Source: an uncultured Christensenella sp. (GTDB taxonomy: Bacteria; Bacillota; Clostridia; Christensenellales; DTU072). From it: a DNA stretch of 59,236 bases. Positions 50,270-59,231 of this stretch are shown here, one piece after another (position 1 is the stretch's first letter; each line of letters begins with the position of its first letter). The DNA lies in the NCBI GenBank assembly GCA_964368435.1, contig CAYJBS010000002.1:1-59236 (forward strand). Direction: 5' to 3'. The notes under the pieces were generated by a model. It had not been told where the DNA came from. It saw only the letters and a program-made list of their open reading frames with translations, and did no database searches. A program made the translations under genes and the position numbers.

Positions 50270-50686
50270 ATGTATAAGAACTATGTACCCGTTTTCGGAG
50301 AAAAAATTGACAAAAAGGATTTGATACAACTCAATCCGCTTGTGTTGTCCTTTGTCGGCGACAGCGTGCAGACGCTTTATGTCCGCACAAAGTTGGGGCT
50401 CAACCGACTGCAAAAGACAGGCGCGCTGCATTTATTGACCAGTAAAGAAATAAATGCCGTCAGTCAATCCGAAGCAATGAAAAAAATAATGGATGTTTTG
50501 ACCGAGGAAGAAACGGACATTTTCAAAAGAGCGCGCAACGCAAAGACGCCCAACACCGCAAAACACGCCAGTCCGATAGATTATCATATAGCCAGCGGCT
50601 TTGAAGCCTTGCTGGGATATCTGTATCTATTACAAAGAAGTGACAGAATCGCCGAACTTATCGAAATTGCTTACGACGAACAGTAA
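50270..50686 (+). CDS. mrnC: Mini-ribonuclease III
   Basis: LNPLVLSFVGDSVQTLYVR and RARNAKTPNTAKHASPIDYHIASGFEALLGYLYL match the MrnC signature (compare B. subtilis LAYIGDA… / RGRNAKS…STAFEALLGYL). The true start is Met48 of the ORF-track ORF. Confidence 0.9.
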   Translation: MYKNYVPVFGEKIDKKDLIQLNPLVLSFVGDSVQTLYVRTKLGLNRLQKTGALHLLTSKEINAVSQSEAMKKIMDVLTEEETDIFKRARNAKTPNTAKHASPIDYHIASGFEALLGYLYLLQRSDRIAELIEIAYDEQ

Positions 50687-50701
50687 CCTATATCCAAAAC
50701 T

Positions 50702-51457
50702 ATGGATACCCAAACCACAACAATAGGAGATTTGATTATTATGATATTGGAAGGAAGAAACGCTCTTAACGAAGCGCTGAAAGGCAACATTACTCTCGAG
50801 AAGGTGCTGGTACAATCGGACCACAACCCAAGCCTGGGAAGAATAATTGCCGAAATAAAAGAACGCAAAATAAAGCTGTCCTATGTCGAAAAAAGCGTAC
50901 TCGACAAATACAGCGACACAAAAAGCCATCAAGGCATAGTGGCGTTTGCCACTGATTTTCAGTATTCAGAATTGGAAGATGTTCTCAATGCCAACGAAGG
51001 CAACAAACTTATCATCATACTTGACGGCATAGAAGATCCGCACAACCTCGGTTCCATCGTAAGAATTGCCGACTCCGTAAATGCCAACGGCATAATAATT
51101 CCCCGCCACCGCTCCTGCGGTGTCACCGACACCGTCGTAAAAGTAAGTTCCGGCGCCACTGCGTATGTCAAGATAGCCAAGGTTGCCAACATAAACGACA
51201 CAATACGGCAACTGAAAGATATGGGCATATGGGTATTCGCCGCCGACATGGACGGCGAAAGCCTCTACAAAAGTGACTTGACCGGCAACGTAGCTTTAGT
51301 CATCGGCGGAGAGGGCAGCGGAGTACATTCGCTGACAAGCAAACTTGCCGACAGCATAATTTCACTGCCTCAGCTGGGAAAAATAAATTCGCTCAACGCT
51401 GCCGTAGCCACCGGCGCAATATTATATGAAGCCATAAGACAGAGAACACAAAAATGA
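50702..51457 (+). CDS. rlmB: 23S rRNA (guanosine-2'-O-)-methyltransferase, TrmH/SpoU family (RlmB)
   Basis: N-terminal EGRNALNEAL substrate-binding domain and SpoU motifs (LDGIEDPHNLGSIVRIAD, ALVIGGEGSG, LNAAVATGAILYE). Conserved position after mrnC. Alternative start ATG at 50741, with AGGAG 11 nt upstream. Confidence 0.9.
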   Translation: MDTQTTTIGDLIIMILEGRNALNEALKGNITLEKVLVQSDHNPSLGRIIAEIKERKIKLSYVEKSVLDKYSDTKSHQGIVAFATDFQYSELEDVLNANEGNKLIIILDGIEDPHNLGSIVRIADSVNANGIIIPRHRSCGVTDTVVKVSSGATAYVKIAKVANINDTIRQLKDMGIWVFAADMDGESLYKSDLTGNVALVIGGEGSGVHSLTSKLADSIISLPQLGKINSLNAAVATGAILYEAIRQRTQK

Positions 51458-52017
51458 GAGATTTCGACGACGCCGAACTAATAAAACGCATAAAAGACGG
51501 CGATACCGACGCAATGGATACGCTTATCCGCCGTTATATGGGTTTGGTGCGCAGTCTTGTACGGCGCAGCTTTCTTATAGGCGGAGAAGAAGAGGACCTT
51601 TTTCAGGAAGGGCTTATTGCCATCATCAACGCCGTAAAACAATATGACGCCGAAAAAAAATGCAACTTTTCAACCTATGTGACAACGTGCATCCGCGCAA
51701 GAATAATCGACGCAATCCGCACCGCGACAAGACAAAAGCACCGCGCGCTCAACGATTCTCTGCCGCTCTCCGACGCAGACATCTCCCAAAGTCATATCGA
51801 CCCTGTCGACAATTACATAAAACGCGAAAGGCTCGACACATTTTATAACAAACTCGAAAACATACTTTCCCCACTCCAAAACCAAATTCTGAAATTATAT
51901 TTCGACGGATATTCATATGGAGAGATTGCCGACAAAATGAAATTGCCGATCAAAAAGATCGACAATTCTTTGGTTACAATAAAAAATAAGATAAGAAAAC
52001 AAGAGAAAGTTTTATAG
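51454..52017 (+). CDS. sigH: RNA polymerase sporulation sigma factor SigH
   Basis: FLIGGEEEDLFQEGLIAI, AIRTATRQKHRALN and LYFDGYSYGEIA…KKIDNSL align with B. subtilis SigH (FLIGADREDIVQEGMIGL, AIKTATRQKHIPLN, LYLDGRSYQEIS…KSIDNAL). ATGA overlap with the rlmB stop. Confidence 0.88.
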   Translation: MRDFDDAELIKRIKDGDTDAMDTLIRRYMGLVRSLVRRSFLIGGEEEDLFQEGLIAIINAVKQYDAEKKCNFSTYVTTCIRARIIDAIRTATRQKHRALNDSLPLSDADISQSHIDPVDNYIKRERLDTFYNKLENILSPLQNQILKLYFDGYSYGEIADKMKLPIKKIDNSLVTIKNKIRKQEKVL

Positions 52018-52827
52018 TTTTTCCAATCCCTCTGTCATGGTGTCCAGCCAGTCACCTTCATAAAGTTCCAAAAGTCCCTTATCTGTTGCCGCGGCAAGCT
52101 TGGGATTTATCGGAAGTTTCGCAAACATAGGAATCTTATGCTCGGAAGCAAGTTTTGCCACGTCGCTTTCGCCAAACAACTTGTATTGCTTTTTGCAATC
52201 GGGACATTCAAAATAACTCAAATTCTCGACAATACCCAACACAGGAATATTCATCATTGCCGCCATATTTATGGCTTTTGTGACAATCATAGATACCAAC
52301 TCTTGCGGTGAAGTGACTATTACGACGCCGTCAATCGGCAGCGACTGAAACACCGTAAGCGGTACGTCTCCCGTTCCCGGAGGCATATCGATAAACATAT
52401 AGTCGACATCGTCCCAAAGCACGTCCTTCCAAAACTGTTTCACCGTACCCGACAGCACCGGTCCGCGCCAAATGACGGGGTCTGTGTCCTTCTCCAACAA
52501 AAGGTTTATGCTCATAATTTTTATGCCGGTCTTGGTCAATGCAGGGAATATACCCAGCTCGCAAGCGTCGGCTTTTCTTTTTATGCCGAATACCGTCGGT
52601 ATCGACGGTCCGGTTATATCTGCATCAAGAATGGCAGTTTGGTAACCTTTTCTTGCCATATTGATAGCCAATAGGGAAGTTACAAGCGATTTTCCTACGC
52701 CGCCCTTGCCGCTTATGACGGCTATGACTTTGCGGATGTTGCTTTTGGTGTTCTTTTCTTTCGATGGAGCTTTGCGGCTGTCACAATCTTGTACGCAAGA
52801 TGCGCAGTCGTGATTACATTCGGACAT
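52012..52827 (-). CDS. mrp: Mrp/NBP35 family Fe-S cluster carrier ATPase (ApbC-like)
   Basis: Deviant Walker A SGKGGVGKS, a CPxC-like motif (FECPDC), and an N-terminal Cys-rich leader CNHDCASCVQDC. Confidence 0.9.
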   Translation of the reverse strand: MSECNHDCASCVQDCDSRKAPSKEKNTKSNIRKVIAVISGKGGVGKSLVTSLLAINMARKGYQTAILDADITGPSIPTVFGIKRKADACELGIFPALTKTGIKIMSINLLLEKDTDPVIWRGPVLSGTVKQFWKDVLWDDVDYMFIDMPPGTGDVPLTVFQSLPIDGVVIVTSPQELVSMIVTKAINMAAMMNIPVLGIVENLSYFECPDCKKQYKLFGESDVAKLASEHKIPMFAKLPINPKLAAATDKGLLELYEGDWLDTMTEGLEKL

Positions 52828-52888
52828 TTCAATCTTCCTTGTTTTTTTTCATTAGTTTAACACCATGGAATGCCGATGTCAACGAAAC

Positions 52889-54871
52889 TTAAAGGCTGTT
52901 GCTGACATTGCAGGTTTTGTTTTTGCAAATATAATACGTCGTATCGTTGTTTTGCATATTGTATCCTGCAAACAAATCTCCGTATGCGGAGGCGTCGACT
53001 TTTGTAAACTTCGCGCCCACAACGGTATTGGGACAAAACTGCCGTTTCTTTTCTTTCAGTTCTTTAAGGTTTTCTCTATCCTCGGCTACGGCAATTATTT
53101 CCGTAGAGGGATAATATTTCAGCAACAGTGAAATGATGCCGTAAGACAAGTTGCGATCGGCAATTTTTGCCACAAAATTTGTTTGACGGCTCGCCATCTC
53201 TGCTATTTCCTTTTTGCGCGTTAGTTTTTCAAGTGTCACCAACGCAAGCGCCAGTACCGAATTGCCGCAGGGTATTGCGCCGTCATATCTGTCTTTCGGT
53301 CGCAAAATAAGGCTTTCGGCTCTCTTGTCGGTCATAAAACAACCGCCATGCAAAGTATCTTCAAAGTTCGCCATTACCTTTTCGGCGATAAAAATGGCTT
53401 TCTTCAGATATTTCGGCTCAAAAGTCGCTTGGTACATATCTATAAGCGCCTGGCAATAATATGCATAATCATCAAGAGTGCCCAAAACATTGCTTCTGCC
53501 CTCTCGATTGACCGAATACAGATTGCCGTCCTCATCGGTAAGTTCATTTTCAATAAAGTCCATTGCTTTTTTTGCCAAAATGAGATATGCGTCCTTGTCC
53601 ATAACGGTATAAGCCTTTATGAAAGCGCTTGCCATAAGGGCGTTCAGCGAAGTGATAATCTTATCGTCGGTATACAGCGTATAACGCTTTTTTCGATAAT
53701 GGTATACCGCCTGAATACGCTCCTTCAGCTCTTCACTTCTGACGGGATTTTTGTTTTCCAGCAAGTTCGGCACGTTTTTTCCGTCAAAATTTCCCGATTT
53801 TGTCATACCGAAAAATTTATTAAATTCCGAACCTTCATTTTCGCCCAATAAGTTTATTATTTCGTCATAATCAAAGGAATAAAAAAGTCCTTCCTCTCCG
53901 CCGATATCGGCATCAAGCGCCGTCCAAAAGCCTCCGCTTGTCGAGGTCAACTCCCTAATAACGAATTCTAGAGTGCCCTCGGCAACTTCTCTGTATAATT
54001 GCTTGCCGGTAATCTGAAATGCCTCCATATACGCAATGACCAACAGCGCATTGTCATATAGCATTTTTTCAAAATGCGGCACCAGCCAATATTTATCTGT
54101 GGAATATCGGCAAAAGCCGCTGCCGATATGATCGTATATGCCGCCCTGATACATTTTTTCAAGAGTTCTTTCCACCATATCCATAGCTTTTTCATTCTTT
54201 TCGAAATGACCGTAACGCATCAAAAACATCAAATTATGCGCAGAAGGGAATTTCGGAGCGTTGCCAAATCCGCCGTTGATTTTGTCAAAACTTTTCTCAT
54301 ATTCAGAAAAGACCTTTGCAAAAAGTTTTGCTCCCGACTCTTCGGATATGGCTTGCGGCTGCAAACTGTCTTTCAAAAAATTTGTAAAATCCTCACCGTA
54401 TGCTTTGAACTTCTTTGCCTCTTGTTGCCATCTGAGAACGATGTTGCTCAGCACTTCCACCAGTCCCGTACGCCCGGCAGTCGTTCTCGGCGGCAGATAT
54501 GTTGCGGCAAAAAAAGGCTTTTGCGTCGGAGAAGCGATTATTGTAAGAGGCCAGCCGCCTTGTCCGTTCATCGTTATGCAGGCGTTCATATATATGTTGT
54601 CTATGTCGGGTCTTTCTTCTCTGTCGACCTTTATGGCAATAAAATGCTTGTTGAGCAGTTCCGCCACCTCGGCGTCCTCAAAACTTTCCTCCGCCATGAC
54701 GTGGCACCAATGACAGGTGCTGTATCCTATACTGATAAACAGCGGCTTATCCTCGTTCTCCGCTCTTTCCAACGCGTCATTGCCCCACGGATACCAGTCA
54801 ACAGGGTTGTAAGCATGTTGTAAAAGATAGGGTGATTTTTCATTTTTCAGTTGATTGGGTTTTGTTTTCAT
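52889..54871 (-). CDS. Thioredoxin-domain (DUF255) protein with N-acylglucosamine-2-epimerase-like alpha-toroid (YyaL-like)
   Basis: [18 protein letters not shown]…[12 protein letters not shown] is the canonical DUF255 N-terminus. The 660-aa length fits. GGGGGAG RBS. Confidence 0.9.
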   Translation of the reverse strand: MKTKPNQLKNEKSPYLLQHAYNPVDWYPWGNDALERAENEDKPLFISIGYSTCHWCHVMAEESFEDAEVAELLNKHFIAIKVDREERPDIDNIYMNACITMNGQGGWPLTIIASPTQKPFFAATYLPPRTTAGRTGLVEVLSNIVLRWQQEAKKFKAYGEDFTNFLKDSLQPQAISEESGAKLFAKVFSEYEKSFDKINGGFGNAPKFPSAHNLMFLMRYGHFEKNEKAMDMVERTLEKMYQGGIYDHIGSGFCRYSTDKYWLVPHFEKMLYDNALLVIAYMEAFQITGKQLYREVAEGTLEFVIRELTSTSGGFWTALDADIGGEEGLFYSFDYDEIINLLGENEGSEFNKFFGMTKSGNFDGKNVPNLLENKNPVRSEELKERIQAVYHYRKKRYTLYTDDKIITSLNALMASAFIKAYTVMDKDAYLILAKKAMDFIENELTDEDGNLYSVNREGRSNVLGTLDDYAYYCQALIDMYQATFEPKYLKKAIFIAEKVMANFEDTLHGGCFMTDKRAESLILRPKDRYDGAIPCGNSVLALALVTLEKLTRKKEIAEMASRQTNFVAKIADRNLSYGIISLLLKYYPSTEIIAVAEDRENLKELKEKKRQFCPNTVVGAKFTKVDASAYGDLFAGYNMQNNDTTYYICKNKTCNVSNSL

Positions 54872-54957
54872 AAGAGCTCCCCCTTTTTGCGTATAATAAA
54901 TTATTCCACATATACCTGTAATTAACCGTAATTTGTCGGGTTTTTTGCTTGGTTTAT

Positions 54958-54986
54958 TGACATAGTGAAAAATTAGTGATATTTTT
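54958..54986 (+). promoter_or_regulatory. Sigma-A-type promoter of the esterase gene
   Basis: TTGACA (54958-54963), 17 nt spacer, TATTTT (54981-54986). AGGGGGAGG RBS before the ATG at 55023. Confidence 0.4.
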
Positions 54987-55022
54987 ATATTATTGTTTCT
55001 TTTTGTTTAGGGGGAGGCGCCA

Positions 55023-55934
55023 ATGAATAAATCCAGAATGTTTTTTAAGGTCAGCGATCTGATGTTTCACTATCCGAGGAACTACAAACGCTATCCCGAT
55101 GTCGTTCGTGAGAACAATTTGGTTTTTGACGACCGATACGGCAATTTCACCAAAGCAGACATATATTATAATCCGAAAAAGAAGCAAGGCAAATATCCTG
55201 TGTTCATAAATGTTCACGGCGGAGGTTTTGTCAGAGGCGACAAACGTCACCGCTCGACATTGTCATCCTTTTTTGCCGACAACGGTTGGTTCGTATATAA
55301 CATAAACTACCGTCTTGCGCCGCAGTATCCTCTGCCTGCCGCCATTGAAGACACCTTGAACGCCATGAACTATTTGCTTACCATTGCCGACAAATACGAT
55401 CTCGACACCGACAAAATCGTACTTTCCGGAGATTCCGCAGGCGGTTATTATGCTGCCGCCGCCGCTTTGGCAAGCGTTGATGAGGATTATCGCAAAAAAC
55501 TAAACCTTCCTGTCTACAACGGCAAAGTAGCCGCCATCGTGCCCTTTTGCGCGCCTTTTGATCTGATAAAAATCATGTGTCGCTCCACCCCGATGGATAT
55601 TTCGAAAAATGTTGCCGAATGTCTGGTCGGCTTCAAAATAAACGACGATTGCAGCAATCTTTCGGACTGCGGCTTTCTTGAAAATATCAACCTGCTGAAT
55701 TATGCCCACAGCAAGTGGCCCAAGATATTCTTTGTCACTGCATTGAAAGACTCTTTCTGCGGCGGACAGGGCGAGGAGATGGAACAAAAACTTAAGGAAG
55801 TCGGCGCCGACGTATCGTCATACCAAGCAAAGGATGAGGGACATTGTTTTCACCTTTTGCCATTCTTGAAAGGAACAAGGCTTTGCCGACAAAAGGTCCT
55901 AGAGTTCCTCGAAACCATAAAAAATCCGCAATAA
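55023..55934 (+). CDS. Alpha/beta hydrolase (hormone-sensitive-lipase-type esterase)
   Basis: HGGGF oxyanion motif (NVHGGGFVRG), GDSAGG nucleophile elbow, and C-terminal D…H (KDEGHCFH). Confidence 0.9.
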   Translation: MNKSRMFFKVSDLMFHYPRNYKRYPDVVRENNLVFDDRYGNFTKADIYYNPKKKQGKYPVFINVHGGGFVRGDKRHRSTLSSFFADNGWFVYNINYRLAPQYPLPAAIEDTLNAMNYLLTIADKYDLDTDKIVLSGDSAGGYYAAAAALASVDEDYRKKLNLPVYNGKVAAIVPFCAPFDLIKIMCRSTPMDISKNVAECLVGFKINDDCSNLSDCGFLENINLLNYAHSKWPKIFFVTALKDSFCGGQGEEMEQKLKEVGADVSSYQAKDEGHCFHLLPFLKGTRLCRQKVLEFLETIKNPQ

Positions 55935-55940
55935 CATCTA

Positions 55941-56624
55941 TTAAATATGAAAAATCCGCTTAAATTCCTTCCATAGCATCTTGTGGGCTATTATTATGGT
56001 GGTCAAAATTATGCTTCCAGATGTGGCGGCTACGACTATTGACGGCCAAATTATGGGGCGCTGCGTAATAACGACTATCATAATCGGCAACAGTCCAAGT
56101 ATTGCGACAAGGAACAGGCTGAAAATATACTGACGGGCGTTTTCGATATTTATCAAAATATATGCCCCTATCATTACCGTCGACACGAAGACAATGGCCG
56201 GCAAAATATATTCGTATATCCAAAGATTTTTTCCCATTACCTGCTGAATAGTTATCAAAATAACCGTCAAAGCTACTGCTTGAGTAAAAATTTTGGTGTT
56301 GAAATGGCGGTAACTCATAATTGTGTACCGAATAAAGAAGTACAAATAAAACAAAAATGCCAGTACAATCAGCGTCCAATAAACCTTCGGCGTAACGATA
56401 GCGTTGGTCGTGATGGATATGACCATTATGTTAAAGAATATTATAAAATAAAGTTTATTAAACGGAGTTGTGGCTTTCGGACGGTTCTTTGAACGCTCGG
56501 GAAAGGCTCTTTCGGTCTTTTGAATGTCTATCTTTGCTTGCTCCGAGGTGTCCAGTCTGTCATGGCAGAGAGGGCATACCGAGGTTTTTCCGCTTATTTC
56601 AATATCGCATTTTTCGCAGCGCAT
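55941..56624 (-). CDS. Zinc-ribbon membrane protein (DUF6320-like)
   Basis: N-terminal CEKCDIEISGKTSVCPLCH zinc ribbon followed by about 5-6 hydrophobic helices. The start is 1 nt after the stop of the upstream acyltransferase gene. Confidence 0.78.
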   Translation of the reverse strand: MRCEKCDIEISGKTSVCPLCHDRLDTSEQAKIDIQKTERAFPERSKNRPKATTPFNKLYFIIFFNIMVISITTNAIVTPKVYWTLIVLAFLFYLYFFIRYTIMSYRHFNTKIFTQAVALTVILITIQQVMGKNLWIYEYILPAIVFVSTVMIGAYILINIENARQYIFSLFLVAILGLLPIMIVVITQRPIIWPSIVVAATSGSIILTTIIIAHKMLWKEFKRIFHI

Positions 56625-56625
56625 G

Positions 56626-57918
56626 TTATACCTCCCTCATATTGCTTGCAACAGCCACTTTCAAACCCATTGCGCTCAGCATTGTAAAAAAGTGCCGCTC
56701 CAGTTCTGTGCTGACTATTTGTCGGGTGAAAGTAATCACCGTTTTGTTGTTGTAGGATACTACGCCCATATTGTTGGGAGTCGTGCGGCTGCAATTCAAC
56801 ATAAACGAGAAATTGTCAATATATTCGGCGCCCGGAATGACGACATTGCCTAAATTGGAAATAAACATCGTCTGCTTCGAACTGCTTGTCAACCGCTTGA
56901 CGAACTTTGCAAAAAAAGACTTAATAAAAAGTGGCATATATTTCAACAAAGGTTTCTTGTCCATAAGCGAGGTGAAACTGACCTTCAAATCAAGTTCCTG
57001 CTTCTCAAGTTGCGAATTAAGCTGCTCCTTCATGACTGCGACATAGCTTTCGATGTCGTGCGGTGTTGTGTTGGGGTCGATCTTGCATTTTGCAAAACTT
57101 GTGAAATTATAAATCGATTGCGAAGGATAATACTTGCGCAGGTTTATCGGAATAAAAACGGTAAGAGGGTGTTTTGAGTAACCTTTGTAGTGCGCTTTGG
57201 TTACCGAAAGCATAGCTAATGCGGCAATCAGCACTGTCAAGCTGCAACCGAATCTTTTTGATGCCGACAGAAATTCTTTGGTGTTCAGCGTGCCCTCTAT
57301 GAGTCCAAAACCCTCTCTTTTGAAGAATGCGTCCTTGATTTGGAACGCGCCGCCGCCCGCCATTTTGTTCAAGCCTTTTTTGAAGTTGAATTTTTGGTAA
57401 TTCTCCTTGAAGCCGTCCTTGAATTCTTCAAGGTTCAACGGTTGGTCAACGGTCTTTATGCCATCAGGAACAATCTGTTCGCCCCTTTCGGCAAGATAAT
57501 AATATACAAGTGTTTTCAGAAATTCCAGCGCGGAACTGCCATCGCATAATCCGTGAAAATAATCAATAAATATCTTCTTCTTGTAATAAGTAATGCGCAA
57601 CAAATATCCTTTATTTTTGCGGAAATCAATCTTTTTTAATAATGAACCGTCATCAACGCGAATAAGCGGTTGACGTCTGTTGGAAACAAAATAATGGCGG
57701 AAAAAACCTTGCGAAAGCTCAACTTCAAAAGACGGATACCGCTTGAAAGTGGTTTTCAGCGCCTTTTCGAGGTCGTCACGGTCGATATAGCTTTTCAGCT
57801 CGACACCCAAACGGAACAAACTTTGCGTCTTCAACGTGATAAGCATAGGATAGACGGCGGCGGAGTTATCCAGCCTGAACCAAGAGCCGTATTTTTCCGA
57901 TATTTCAAAATCTTTCAT
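56626..57918 (-). CDS. Condensation-domain-like acyltransferase (alcohol acetyltransferase / PapA5-WS-DGAT type)
   Basis: 430 aa with FHGLCDGSS, a variant of the HHxxxDG catalytic motif of condensation/CAT-like acyltransferases. No signal peptide. Confidence 0.78.
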   Translation of the reverse strand: MKDFEISEKYGSWFRLDNSAAVYPMLITLKTQSLFRLGVELKSYIDRDDLEKALKTTFKRYPSFEVELSQGFFRHYFVSNRRQPLIRVDDGSLLKKIDFRKNKGYLLRITYYKKKIFIDYFHGLCDGSSALEFLKTLVYYYLAERGEQIVPDGIKTVDQPLNLEEFKDGFKENYQKFNFKKGLNKMAGGGAFQIKDAFFKREGFGLIEGTLNTKEFLSASKRFGCSLTVLIAALAMLSVTKAHYKGYSKHPLTVFIPINLRKYYPSQSIYNFTSFAKCKIDPNTTPHDIESYVAVMKEQLNSQLEKQELDLKVSFTSLMDKKPLLKYMPLFIKSFFAKFVKRLTSSSKQTMFISNLGNVVIPGAEYIDNFSFMLNCSRTTPNNMGVVSYNNKTVITFTRQIVSTELERHFFTMLSAMGLKVAVASNMREV

Positions 57919-57933
57919 AATTCGATTATATTT

Positions 57934-57961
57934 GTATTATCGGCAATAGTCAAGCATACAT
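57934..57961 (+). promoter_or_regulatory. Possible sigma-E-type (mother-cell) promoter of yabP-yabQ
   Basis: GTATTAT (57934-57940), ~14-16 nt spacer, CATACAT (57955-57961). This resembles the Bacillus sigma-E consensus (-35 xATATT, -10 CATACA-T). yabPQ are sigma-E dependent in B. subtilis. Confidence 0.3.
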
Positions 57962-57996
57962 ACCTTTTGTGCGTAATAATCTATAAGGGAGGCATT

Positions 57997-58260
57997 ATGG
58001 AGCAACTCATAAAAGAACACAGTCTGCATCTTGAAAAAGGCAGTTTAACAATCACAGGCGTGACAAATGTCGACAGTTTTGATGCAAAAACCGTCGTTGC
58101 CGCGCTTATTAGCGACGCTATCACAATAAAAGGCGAAGGGCTTACGGTGCTTGACCTTGACATCAAAGGGCAAAACCTCGTGATAAAAGGTCAGGTATTG
58201 GCTATCATTTACGGCAAAAAACAAGAAAAGCTGTCATTGGTCAAACGGATATTCAAATAA
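57997..58260 (+). CDS. yabP: Sporulation protein YabP
   Basis: 87 aa. HSLHLEKGSLTITGVTNVDSFDAKTV…LTVLDLDIKGQNLVIKGQVLAIIY fits the YabP family pattern. AAGGGAGG RBS at 57985-57992. The ORF-track N-terminal extension is antisense to the acyltransferase gene. Confidence 0.88.
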   Translation: MEQLIKEHSLHLEKGSLTITGVTNVDSFDAKTVVAALISDAITIKGEGLTVLDLDIKGQNLVIKGQVLAIIYGKKQEKLSLVKRIFK

Positions 58261-58887
58261 GTGGACACCTTAGTTCAGCCGTATTTTTCCGTACTTTATT
58301 TTGCAGCAGGCTGCGCCGCCTATGTTTGTTATGAATTTTTGCGAAGTTTTTCGTCAAAAAAGTTTTTCGCGCCCATAGCCGATTTGTTGTCGGCAATGTT
58401 TGCTTGCGGGCTTTTTGTTGCGGTCTCGCATGTTTTTTATGACGGTCAAATAAAGTGGTACGCGCTGCTCTGCTTTTTTTGCGGCGCAGGTATATTGCGA
58501 ACGTTGTTGAAAGACCGGTTGCGCCAAGCGGCGCAAAAACTTAATGATAAACTACTGCTTTTGTTTAAAAAAGCCGTAAAAGCTGCGCATAAAAAGCTGA
58601 CAGCTATACAAGCTAAAATAAAAGGAGTAATTAAACATGGCAGAGGTACAGCAAAAGAAACAAAGTCAAAACGAAGAAGAAGTCGTACAACAAACAAGAT
58701 TAAAGAAGGTATTAGACGAAGAGGTGACTCAGGAAGAAATGGAGGCAGGACAGCTCGATCAACTCGAATTGTTGCAGGAAATTTACAAAACAGCAACGCA
58801 AGGCATGCAAAGCGTCGAAATAATCCGCCCCATAATAAAAGAAAAGGCGCTGAAAAGCATATTGTTCCGTCAATACAACACCTATAA
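58261..58887 (+). CDS. yabQ: Spore cortex biosynthesis protein YabQ-like membrane protein. The 3' end is uncertain.
   Basis: GTG start directly after the yabP stop. About 3-4 hydrophobic helices in the first ~85 aa. The distal ~85 aa are extremely basic and overlap the next, well-supported ORF out of frame. Confidence 0.55.
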   Translation: MDTLVQPYFSVLYFAAGCAAYVCYEFLRSFSSKKFFAPIADLLSAMFACGLFVAVSHVFYDGQIKWYALLCFFCGAGILRTLLKDRLRQAAQKLNDKLLLLFKKAVKAAHKKLTAIQAKIKGVIKHGRGTAKETKSKRRRSRTTNKIKEGIRRRGDSGRNGGRTARSTRIVAGNLQNSNARHAKRRNNPPHNKRKGAEKHIVPSIQHL

Positions 58888-59179
58888 GGCATTGACAAAA
58901 GAACTTGAACTGCAGGCGGCAACCGAAGGCTTTGATTTGCGTTCATCGAGTTTTTTCAACAAGGCTATGATGTACGGCAGTTTGCTTATGAATACCGTAA
59001 GCGACCGTTCGTCAAGTAAACTTGCCGAGGTGATGATTCAAGGCTTAAATATGGGCATAATCAGTTTGGTAAAAGTAAAAAACAATCTCGATCCGGAAGC
59101 CAAAGTCGATTTGACCTTCGCAGATAAACTTATGGACATTCTTCACAACAATATCGAAACATTAAAACCATATCTATAA
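58637..59179 (+). CDS. Hypothetical helical protein (180 aa), acidic N-terminus
   Basis: AAAGGAG RBS 8 nt upstream of the ATG at 58637. Helix-prone sequence with no TM segment. Followed by a strong terminator. Confidence 0.75.
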   Translation: MAEVQQKKQSQNEEEVVQQTRLKKVLDEEVTQEEMEAGQLDQLELLQEIYKTATQGMQSVEIIRPIIKEKALKSILFRQYNTYKALTKELELQAATEGFDLRSSSFFNKAMMYGSLLMNTVSDRSSSKLAEVMIQGLNMGIISLVKVKNNLDPEAKVDLTFADKLMDILHNNIETLKPYL

Positions 59180-59205
59180 GAGGCTTTTTGCCTCTTCCGA
59201 CCAAA

Positions 59206-59231
59206 TAAAAACTCCCGAAAGGGAGTTTTTG
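59206..59231. terminator. Rho-independent terminator (bidirectional form)
   Basis: AAAAACTCCC-GAAA-GGGAGTTTTTG. A second hairpin, AAGAGGC-TTTTT-GCCTCTT (59178-59196), overlaps the stop codon. Confidence 0.75.

Noticed and set aside
57670-57996. The N-terminal 109-aa extension of the YabP ORF, and similarly 50129..50269 for mrnC, 50142..50189 for the TGase paralogue, and 9332..9367 for the DUF5050-like lipoprotein.
   Set aside because: The extensions overlap upstream genes or promoter elements and lack an RBS. Internal Met codons with good RBS or promoter spacing give proteins of canonical length or with proper signal peptides.
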